Shown in pieces: positions 54,208 to 64,000 of a stretch of DNA of 64,000 nucleotides. Location of the stretch: positions 27,218,001 through 27,282,000 of the forward strand of contig OZ231126.1 of assembly GCA_965153355.1 (NCBI GenBank), read 5' to 3'. Under the pieces are notes generated by a model. That model had not been told where the DNA came from. It saw only the letters and a program-made list of their open reading frames with translations, and made no database searches. The translations under genes and the position numbers were made by a program. The number at the start of each line of letters is the position of its first letter. Positions within the stretch are counted from its first letter, which is position 1. Origin of the DNA: Flaccisagitta enflata (lineage: Eukaryota).

Positions 54208-57098
54208 TTAGTAGGCTGGAGACGCGGCCCCTTGACCGTACTCTGGGTCAGCCTGAGTGTGGGTTTGTTTGGATTGGCCTGGGCCGAAATCTCCCGATCT
54301 CCACGCCGTAAACTTGCGGAAGGCGTCGAAGCCGTAACACCCGGCCGCAGGAATGGCGAAAATCTGTGAAATCAACGTTAAATAAGGTCGCGGAAGAGTA
54401 ATTAGGAAACAAGCCCGACCGCGCAACGATGCGTCCACACCGTGTCACTCCAAGCATTTTTAGACAGGTATAACGGACGGACCAACAGATAGACAAATCG
54501 ACAGAGGGACCAACGGACCGACTGACTGACAGACCCCCTTTTACAGATGCGAATGTGTGAAATGTGAATAGGTGAATACATGAATAACTAACAAGTGAGA
54601 GAAGCCATTCGTTCTACAAATAATGAGAAAGCAAAATCAATTCACAGCCAAAGACCAACCGACGGACCGCAGGACAAGATCGCTTTTGGATACGCAAAGT
54701 CACACGAAAGATTCATGACCAACACGTACAGGCTTGTTGATAAATCAACAAAGGCCCAAAGCTACACACTCTCATATCAATCCTCGATGCCTGTGTGAAT
54801 GTCTCGACGCGAGCAGGCAAGGCATAACTCAGAACGCAGAGAAATAAATTCAAAACTGGAACTTACACCAGCGGCGATCGAGGCGCCGGATGAGCCACCT
54901 TGATAAACCGGCGCGGCGAACATGCAAATCATCCCGATGATGAACAACAACGCCAAAACGCCGCAGTACACCGCTTCCTATTAATTCAAGAATAAAGCGA
55001 CGATTAACGGTAATACTAATCATACATTTAAAATATAATGCTATATGCTATACATATGTAGATCTATATACAAATTTTATATATAGATCTAAATATATGT
55101 ATAGCTTACGAGCATATGGGAAATTCGTTTCGTTTCGTTTTATCTTTGAAATTATATCTAGCTTTAAAATGCGATGATGACAACCTCAATCACAGCATTT
55201 ATTTTCAAAACACCGGAATGTGCCAGAAGGAGCGACGGGGTGCGCAGAGAAATCTTAACTGTCTACATATTGTATTGCGGCTTTGATTGAGCTAAATGGA
55301 TAGAGATTCAGATCACAGACCACTGATTGTAAGTGTTGGAATGAGTTTTGATTACTCTTTCAAAGAGACTATTATGGGTTCTGAAGCTTTATTAGTTAAG
55401 TAGCAGCGGTTGATTGAAAATGCCGAATGTGAAGCCAGTCCAAGTTTCCGTAGGTTCTGGTATGTCGTGAATTCTCGTTTGTCGGCATCAAAAGACCATG
55501 GCCTGAACTTTACACCGTTTGACCTTTGACCTTTTAACTTACCACGAGGTACCAGGCAATTTTGATCCTATAAACAATGCGGAAAAGGTAGAGAAGCAGG
55601 AGAATCCCCGTGCAAATCAGACCAGTTGTTCCGTGGAATTCGTAGAAGCCTTCGGCCGTATTCAATGAAACGCCCGAACAAATGCAGCCGAGTAGCGCCG
55701 CCGCCTGTGTGATTGAGTAAGGAGAACCAGGGAGAGGGAGAAAATAAACAAGGCCGGATACACGGCAATCCTGTCGCGGACGGTTGGCCAGGAGTAGTAG
55801 TGCTCAGAATTCAAAAATGTTACGGGACGGACGGATGGACGAACCGACCAACACGGCAAGGTGTAGGGTCGCGTGTTCGCGACTAAAAAGAGAAAGAAAG
55901 AACAAGTCATCCAAGGATCGCATCGTACCCGATGCCCTGCTCAAAATAATCAGCTTAAATTGAGCGAGAGCAGAGCAGTGGCCCCGTAGGGCCGATGTCA
56001 CGTTGGAGACAGGGGCGAATTTCCATACATCTTGAAAGGGCAAATCTGAAACCTTTTAGGTGCGACAAAGCACCTCTATAACTGGTTGTGTCCATTGGTT
56101 GGTTGGTCGGTTGGTCGGTCTGTCCGTTGGTAATGCATTCGTTCGACGATCCACACGTCGCACCTTATTGGCCTACTTGGCCTTGTTTCCAATTATCCAT
56201 AATATGAAAAGTGGAACAATATCCCTCACTATACCCAAACTGAAATAAATGGAAGAGGGCCTTGTGAACCCTCACTGACTAGTTAATACGCGCACCACTC
56301 CTAGTTTTCCGTAAAACAGAATCTGAAAAACACTCCTTCTCAATCTAACCCAAAAGCAAACTGCTTACCAAAAGAAGTTAGGACGATAATTGTTACCTTT
56401 ATTACCAAAATTCAACAAATCACCCGAGGGTAACATTGTTAAGAAACCATACCCTTAGAGGATAGAATCGAGGTCAAGCTTAATGCGACATACAAGTTTG
56501 GTTATTCCAAATTCATATCAATTTCCATGTTAATCAATGGGAATTTCACAAATTTCTTTATTTTACATTGATTTTTAAAATCATCTAATTGAAAGCACAT
56601 TCTTCACTTTTCTGTCAATTGTACTCATACAGACGGACATATAAAATTTGCCCCCGTGTCCTACAGGACATCGGCCCATTTGGGAGAAGAAACAAACCAT
56701 ATAATTGTGATGGTATGGAGTGAGACAGCCCTGTGAAGCGACAAACGAACTCTCAATGAGATTGAGGATACAATTGAGGAGACATGAAAAAAGGTATTTA
56801 CATACCATTGCCCCAACTTTTAACATGCCATCCAAAGTTTTGATATATCCGGGCCCATCCCATCGGATTGTTGTATCAGAGGCGAGATTCTGTTGCATCT
56901 GCGCACCGTAGTATCCTGCAGTAGCACCTGCTGCCGCACCTAAAGAGAACAAGATTTTTGTAAAGGGCTTTCTCCATTTCTTTTACAAATTGCATCGTAG
57001 TCAAATGACGTAGGTCGTAGGAAATGATGAAATTAAGATCTCATTGGTGCATTCAACTTATGTTAACCTGCTGCTGCCTGATTTGGTGGATAATCCAT
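54208..57098 (-). CDS. MARVEL-domain tetraspan membrane protein (CMTM/plasmolipin-like), 197 aa
   Basis: Exons 57098-57068, 56939-56806, 55704-55543, 54977-54867 and 54363-54208 are joined by GT-AG introns in phase (1,0,0,0). GYIKTLDGMLK matches the MARVEL N-terminal 'Y/FxxT..G.LK' motif. Four hydrophobic segments follow, ending ...AAGIFAIPAAGCYGFDAFRKF. Confidence 0.88.
55746..55889 (-). mobile_element. HINE family A copy (intronic)
   Basis: aacaaggccggatacacggc ... (GACG)n ... gtcgcgtgttcgcgactaaaaa. Confidence 0.7.
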
Positions 57099-57127
57099 CG
57101 CAGATGCTCAGATCTATGAGGATATCT

Positions 57128-57780
57128 GAAAGAAACAATGTCAATTACACGGAATAGTGATGGGCAACAACCAATGAGGAAATATTTGCACTATCAGTCT
57201 CAGGAAAATCAGTGAACAGCCCAAAAGTAAGACATACGATTCTTGTTTTCGGACGATTAAGTTACAGACGGATGAACGAGCCGACGCGACAGACGGACGG
57301 ACAGTGACCCCCCCCCAGTCGGGAAAAAACTGTATGGCGACCAGCAATGACTGAAAACGGGTGCGATCTCAAGGGCGGATGTCATGTATGATCCCTAGCT
57401 GAGCATGCAGACATTGCTTCCAGAGACTTTCCTCTTCCCAATTCTCTTCCTTCTATCGTAGGCTCACAGAGAAACACAGATTGAGAGAGAGAGTAAAAGA
57501 GAGAGAGAGACACGATGCATTTGTTTTTGACTGAAACAAGATGACGTCAGAGATTCGCATCTGAGATTGTCCAGATTGTATGGGAACCTGTGGCCAAGAC
57601 AATTTAACATCAAATTGGTCACATTCAAACGCAATGATGGGTTGAAATTGTGGCCGTAAAACGGAGTTACGCGAAAAGCTGAACTTAATTACACCCACCG
57701 TTCGCGTATTAAAGATAAAAAGAAAAGTGAAACTGCGATCCTTGAGACAAAATAAAAAGACATTTTAAAAACATTCCAAA
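57128..57780. promoter_or_regulatory. Putative bidirectional promoter / 5'UTR region between the MARVEL gene and syntaxin-16
   Basis: Divergent ATGs at 57098 (-) and 57781 (+), 683 bp apart. An acceptor at 57126-57127 implies a non-coding MARVEL first exon further right. Perfect CRE TGACGTCA at 57542-57549. Confidence 0.55.
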
Positions 57781-57861
57781 ATGGCTACAAGAAGCTTAAC
57801 GGACGTCTTCGTCCTCATGAGAAATAACGCTATGCAAAATCGCTACATATTTTCGGAGCAG
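57781..57861 (+). CDS. STX16: Syntaxin-16, coding exon 1
   Basis: MATRSLTDVFVLMRNNAMQNRYIFSEQ|gtgag matches the conserved STX16/Tlg2 N-peptide (vertebrate MATRRLTDAFLLLRNN). Not in the ORF track because it is short. Confidence 0.92.
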
Positions 57862-57954
57862 GTGAGTTTTCTTTCAGGTACTATATCGCATTGCACATCA
57901 CTTAAATAGCACCCTACGGCCTACATACCTACATAGTATCTATTGCCTGCGTTA

Positions 57955-58464
57955 CTCGGGTGTGTCAAAAAATAAAAATCATCCTTGATCAGATCATCAA
58001 CATCAGGGTGTGTATACAAAAAAATTTAAACTTTAGCGTTTTTATTTTTTCAAATTTTATTTATCTTCAGTTTTTTCCAAAACCTTTTTAGCCGCTAATT
58101 TATTTTTTGCTGTGTTATTGATTTTATATCAGAATTATTGTTTGTAAATATATCAAAGTAGCTATTTTAATATTTTGATTTGATTTTTAATTGGGGTTAG
58201 ATAAAAGTTGTTTTTTTTTACCACAAAAATCATAAAAAGAAATAAAACTTGATATTCTTTGTTGAAGTTTTGAGTCTTGTTTTCAACTAAACTAAGTAGA
58301 GACTCTGAAAGTATAAACATTTTGACAATCTTTTCCTGCGCTAAAAAACGGAAACAACTGAAATTCAATAAAATAAAAAAACTAAAAATCTTAATTTTTT
58401 TGTTAACGCTCTCTGATGTTGATGATCTGATCAAAGATACTTTTTATTTTTTGACACACCCGAC
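57955..58464. mobile_element. Mariner-like foldback MITE (STX16 intron)
   Basis: tcgggtgtgtcaaaaaataaaaa...tgatcagatcatcaacatcag is inverted at 58413-58463. Confidence 0.75.
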
Positions 58465-59496
58465 TGCGTCACAGTAAAATTGTAAGCATGCCACTACAGT
58501 TGTAGTCGGGTAAGTATGTCAAATTTCAGTCATTACATGTGCTATTACTGTTATCTTAAGTTCTACGCACATCCCTTAGTGACCAAGTGAATTTCTGCAT
58601 AAGTCGATTTACATCACAAAACTACATATGTACACATTCCTGTGAATGCCACATTCTACCCAAGGTTTCCCATTCGCTTGCTTATCATATACGTGTCGAT
58701 TTTTGAAATTACTTGTACGTACTTCACCCACTGCAAAAACCCAAACTTTCCCTAGCATCACAAATTTATGATTGTATCTTGCAACGACCCAAACCCAGCA
58801 CTTAATTTGCATGGACCTACGACAGTAAAATGCCATGGAATTTCCATAGGCAATGTCAAAACGGGCGCCTTAGGTTATTTCGGTTATTTCTTTAAATTGT
58901 TGACACGCAACTCAAGAGGCTTTGTACATCCAGCGGTCCGTCCGTCCATCGCTTGTGGAATTGCGCATTTCTGACCCTGCTTGTGTAAATGCGCGTTTCT
59001 GACCCATCCACAACGATATTGTATTTTGACAAGCTATTAAGCATGGTAGTACTTTATCCCAGTCTCTGAGCTTTAAGGACACAAGATCCCTTCCAAAGCA
59101 AAATCAGTCATAAATTGTAGCTAAAGCGGTTTTTATGAAAACCATTCAGTCTGGTTTTGCAAAAAAACCTTATTGGAATTAATGACCGACATCGATCTAA
59201 GACCGATAATTTGTGAAGTCCATCAACGACATCAACGTCCCTTGTCAGACATAGGTCCATGCACTTGAAACGCATGCAGCTCATTTATAGTGTCATCTTA
59301 ATGCTTCAAGAGCCTCTTTAATTGGTTTATCATAATATTAATATTATTAATAATATATAATGACAATTAGTTTCTCAAAGTAGATCCATTCTCGAATTAA
59401 TAGGCAACAGGATACCATAGACAATGATATTCTAGGTTGTCTTCAAAGCTGAATAGGGGTATTACAAAGCATCTGTAGCCTTGCACTCTCCTTATA

Positions 59497-60087
59497 CCGG
59501 GTGATCAATCTCAAAGTGGGAAAAGTATTAAGCTCACATTCCTATATGCATCATATCTATAATCTGAGATCAATTTTCTATTATAATTATATTATTAGGT
59601 TTTACGTTTTTGTATTAAATTTTCATTGGTTTAGCTTTAATAGTTAATCTGCAATATCAATTTGAAGTAAAACAATCATTTACAGTTTTAGTTTAAAATC
59701 TTGTTTGATTTTTAAAACAAGTTTTCTTTTAATTGATTTCATTTCAAATTAACTTGAGCTATAGACTTCAAATTGGTTTTAAATGAAAGATTATGCAAAT
59801 ATCTTTGATTTGAGACCAATGGGGCATCTGTAGGTCAAGCCATTGAAAGATGAGAGGAATTCCAAGAAAATCTGCTTTGATATTATCATCAGATTTTCAG
59901 CTAAAAGTGTAAATGATTATTTTACTTCAATTTGATGTTGTGGACAAACTATTCAAACTAGACCAATGAAATTTTAATACAAAGAATGTCAAACATACTA
60001 TAAAAGAAAATTGATCTCAGACCATTGACTTGATGCATATAGGAGTGTAAGCTTAATACTTTTCCCACTTTGAGATTGATCACCCTT
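59497..60087. mobile_element. Mariner-like foldback MITE, TA TSD (STX16 intron)
   Basis: ta|ccgggtgatcaatctcaaagtgggaaaagtattaagc ... gcttaatacttttcccactttgagattgatcaccctt|ta. Confidence 0.8.
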
Positions 60088-60274
60088 TACAGTGGGGTTT
60101 GTGGAACAACCTTAACTGGAGGAAAGTATCGTAAGTTTCTTAATTTTATTTGACAAACTTGATATTTGAAATGTGTCCGAGTTTTTCAGTTGCTACGGAA
60201 ACCAAAATCATTTTTTGAATGTTTACAATAATGGCGGCTAATCGCCGTAGGAAAAAAGTCGTAAATGTTGAGAG

Positions 60275-60323
<49 letters not shown>

Positions 60324-60328
60324 AAGAA

Positions 60329-60367
<39 letters not shown>

Positions 60368-61237
60368 GAGACAGACAGACAGACAGACAGAAAAAGAATG
60401 CTTTCCAGTTTTGACTTGATCACCATGGATAGACTGATGGACCAACAGACCAACGGATGGACTGACAAACGGATGGACAAAGCCTCTTATAGATTCTACG
60501 ACTAAAAGAGTGAGAGACTTTGCTGCCAGCATGCACAATCATCATCTGGGACAATTTGAAGTTTACATAGACTTGAATACCTTAATTCCTCATTTTTGGG
60601 AAAAATGTGAAAAATGTAAAAAAATAAAAAAAGATTCAGAAAATCATAGCTCCAAAACTATTGATCGCACAGAATTCTGCTTGGCGTCATCTGAAAGAGG
60701 AGATTTAGCTCTTTCTTAGCTATTAATTTCATGCGTAGTGTCATTCGGCCCGAAAAGCAGATCAACTTCCTCAAACTCCTCATGAGAGAAAGGGAAAATC
60801 GATTTCCGCCGTAGGTCTCAAAAAGCCGAAGGTATTCTTCAACTTTTTTCCAAATAACTACTAGAATATCGATATTTAAAAAGATACAATTAAGGAACAT
60901 TACTCCAAATTAGATTTGCTACAATTTTCCCACAGTATGTTCAATAAGAATATTGCTCGTTTAGCTGTTGCTAGGGAGCATCACACCCAGAAACTGCTAA
61001 ATGATGCTCCCTAGCAATGGCTAAACAAGTGATATTTTTACAGAACATACTGTGGGCAAGTTGTTATAAATTTGATTTTAAGGAATGTTCCCTCATATTT
61101 GTGAAAATTTTGATATCATAGCAGTTATGACTGTTTGAAAAAATAATTTTGGTTTCTATAGCAACCAACAAACTCAGGGACACAAGCATTAATTGAGCAA
61201 CTTATATTTGAAATATCAATTTTGTAAAAAAATCTTG

Positions 61238-63098
61238 AAAGAGTATGGGTCCGCGACTGGGGACAATCAGCGTTGTCAAACGGCGTTGTCAAACGGCGTT
61301 GTCAAACGGCGTTGTCAAACGGCGTTGTCAAACGGCGTTGTCAAACGGCGTTGTCAAACGGCGTTGTCAAACGGCGTTGTCAAACGGCGTTGTCAAACGG
61401 CGTTGTCAAACGGCGTTGTCAAACGGCGTTGTCAAACGGCGTTGTCAAACGGCGTTGTCAAACGGCGTTGTCAGACGGAGTTGTCATACGGAGTTGTCAT
61501 ACGGAGTTGTCATACGGCGTTGTCATACGGCGTTGTAACACCGCGTTGTAACACCGCGTTGTAACACGGCGTTGTAACACGGCGTTGTAACACGGCGTTG
61601 TAACGGCGTTGTAAAACGGCATTGTAAAACGGCGTTGTCAAACGGCGTTGTCAAACGGCGTTGTCAAACGGCGTTGTCAAACGACGTTGTCAAACGACGT
61701 TGTCAAACGACGTTGTCAAACGACGTTGTCAAACGACGTTGTCAAACGACGTTGTCAAACGACATTGTCAAACGACATTGTCAAACGACATTATCAAACG
61801 ACTTTATCAAACAACATTGTCAAATGACATTGTCGGTTGAAAAATGCCGAAGTTATGCACATTTTTCACTTTTTGGCTGGTAGGCTAGTTGGGTGGAGGG
61901 TAGTTGGATGGTAGGCTGGTTTGGCCGGTTAGCATGCTAAAATCTATACAATTCAAATACATATGTTGATTCCTTCCATTAAGAGACTACATACCAAGTT
62001 TCAACCATATCGGTTGAAAAATACCGAAGTTATCCACGTTTTTAACTTTTAGGCTGGTAGGGTAGTTAGGTGGTAGGCTGGTTTGGCCGGTTAGCATGCT
62101 AAAACCTTTACAATTCAAATACATATGTTGAGTTCTTTCATTTAGTGACTACATACCGAGTTTCAACCAAATTGGTTGAAAAATGACTAAGTTGTGCACG
62201 TTTTTCGCTTTTAGGCTGGTAGGCTGGTTGGGTGGTAGGCCGGTTTGGCCGGTTAACATGCTAAAATCTGTACAGATCAAATACATATGTTGAGTCCATC
62301 CATTTAGAGACTACATACCAAGTTTCAACCAAATCGGTTGAAAAATGCCAGAGTTATGCATATTTTTCACTTTTAGGCTGGTAGGCTAGTTGGGTGGTAG
62401 GCTGGTTTAACCGGTTAGCATGCTAAAATCTATACAATTCAAATACATATGTTGAGTCCTTCCATTTAGAGACTAGATACCAAGTTTCAACCAAATCGGT
62501 TGAAAAATGCCGAAGTTATGCACATTTTTAACTTTTAGGCTGGTAGGCCAGTTGGGTGGTAGGCTGGTTTGGCCGGTTAGCATGCTAAAACCTTTACAAT
62601 TCAAATACATATGTTGAGTTCTTTCATTTACAGACTACATACCGAGTTTCAACCAAATTGGTTGAAAAATGACGAAGTTGTGCACGTTTTTCGCTTTAAG
62701 GCTGGTAGGCTGGTTGGGTGGTAGGCCGGTTTGGCCGGTTAACATGCTAAAATCTGTACAGATCAAATACATATGTTGAGTCCTTCCATCTAGAGACTAC
62801 ATACCGAGTTTCAACCAAATCGGTTGAAAAATGCCGAAGTTATGCACGTTTTTCACTTTTAGGCTGGTAGGCTGGTTGGGCCGGTTGGGTGGGTCGGATC
62901 ATGACATACGCATAGGATGTAAAGCGGCTTACCCTAGTACAACTTCCCTCCAAATATGAAGCAAATCGGTCAAGGCGTTCAAAAGTTAGCCCATTTTTAA
63001 AAGTGTGGACAACGACGACGACAACAACGACGACGACGACACCCACCCGCCTCGAATTATAGTCCGCGTCGGAATGGTATTCCGTCGCGGACAATAAA
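61238..63098 (-). mobile_element. HINE family C with expanded 13-bp and 162-bp satellites (STX16 intron)
   Basis: Ends aaagagtatgggtccgcgactgggg and gtccgcgtcggaatggtattccgtcgcggac (hairpin). (GGCGTTGTCAAAC)n spans 61270-61833, and 162-bp units span 61835-62880. Confidence 0.8.
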
Positions 63099-63531
63099 AT
63101 TAAGTTACTTTAATAACTTCCTCCAGTTTAGACTCTTTTTCCACGAACCTCACTGAAAATAAACGTGATATGCCGATACCATCTCAGATACCCTGCGCTG
63201 TCACTGCCACACTCACTGTCGTGTAATTTACATCCATCAGGATGCTTGGAATTGGTGAAAACAACCCTATGCCATTGGCAATGGTGAAAATACCCCAATG
63301 TATTATTAATTTTACCATACCAGGCATCTTGATAGGCGTGGGGTGCATAGAACGGACCACAAATTTACAATTGCACATAGATTGTATTGTAGAACGATAT
63401 TCAAGTTCCTATATCATAAAATAAATATAATACTTTCTTCTCGATTTTACTCTCGTTTTTCTGCTGCTCGACTGTTGGCCATTGGTCTCATTGAAAAGGG
63501 ACCCCCAAACATAGTTTCCGTATCCCCCCAG

Positions 63532-63638
63532 GTGGCCGATGATCGCATGGCGCTCGTGACGTCTTCTTCCGCCGACGCGTTTGGAGACGTGGATTTTGGT
63601 AGCGGCAACTCTAAAAACTCTCGCCTTCCCCCCGAATG
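63532..63638 (+). CDS. STX16: Syntaxin-16, coding exon 2
   Basis: cccccag|VADDRMALVTSSSADAFGDVDFGSGNSKNSRLPPE(W)|gtaag. ADDRMALV and PPxW match STX16, with a phase-0 join to exon 1. The gene continues beyond the window. Confidence 0.9.
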
Positions 63639-64000
63639 GTAAGACTAGACTAAACATACTACTAAGCTAGAGGTAGAGATACTGGTTCGAGAAATCACCG
63701 CCCACTTGTCTCGAAAACTGTCATTCATTACCATTCACACAGGGTCGACGGGGTGGAGGAAATCCAGTACGAGATCTCGCGCATAAAACAAAGAAGTAAG
63801 ACGCAATCTTTTCATTTCTATTGACGTCATTCGTCGTTCCATTGCAACCAAATGATTTCCCCTGTTTAGTAGCTTGCACGCATCTGTATAACCGGCTATG
63901 TCGGCCCGTCCGTCCGTGGGTCGGTTTTCCATTACTGCTCCTGCCCAAATGCCTTTTCATCACTACCCAAGCCTACCCGCTTTTGCTCCGCGCGTGACTG

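Noticed and set aside
61193..61883. Repetitive ORFs (RRCQTALSNGVVK)n
   Set aside because: Translations of a 13-bp minisatellite that is open in several frames, inside a non-autonomous element in the STX16 intron.
61835..62880. Possible CRISPR-like array
   Set aside because: Whole 162-bp units repeat with no unique spacers, the context is eukaryotic, and no cas genes are present.

Overview
Eukaryotic (invertebrate, probably arthropod-like) genomic DNA: AT-rich, microsatellite-rich and densely packed with short non-autonomous transposons. Four spliced protein-coding genes can be built by hand. (1) A 5-exon, ~284-aa secreted orphan protein with a His-rich N-terminus and KR/KKR-Gln sites (minus strand, 9882-12825). 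(2) A CrebA/CREB3L1-2-type bZIP transcription factor lacking a transmembrane anchor (minus, 24221-27139+). (3) A 5-exon MARVEL-domain tetraspan protein (minus, 54208-57098). (4) The first two coding exons of syntaxin-16 (plus, 57781-63638), head-to-head with the MARVEL gene. The rest is mostly Helentron/DINE-like (HINE) elements of at least three families, some carrying internal satellites, plus long foldback MITEs with TA or 8-bp target duplications, often nested 3-4 levels deep. No transposase, rRNA, tRNA or CRISPR array was recognised. Most short ORFs in the track are microsatellite artefacts. All calls were made by eye; coordinates of repeat ends are approximate to a few bases.
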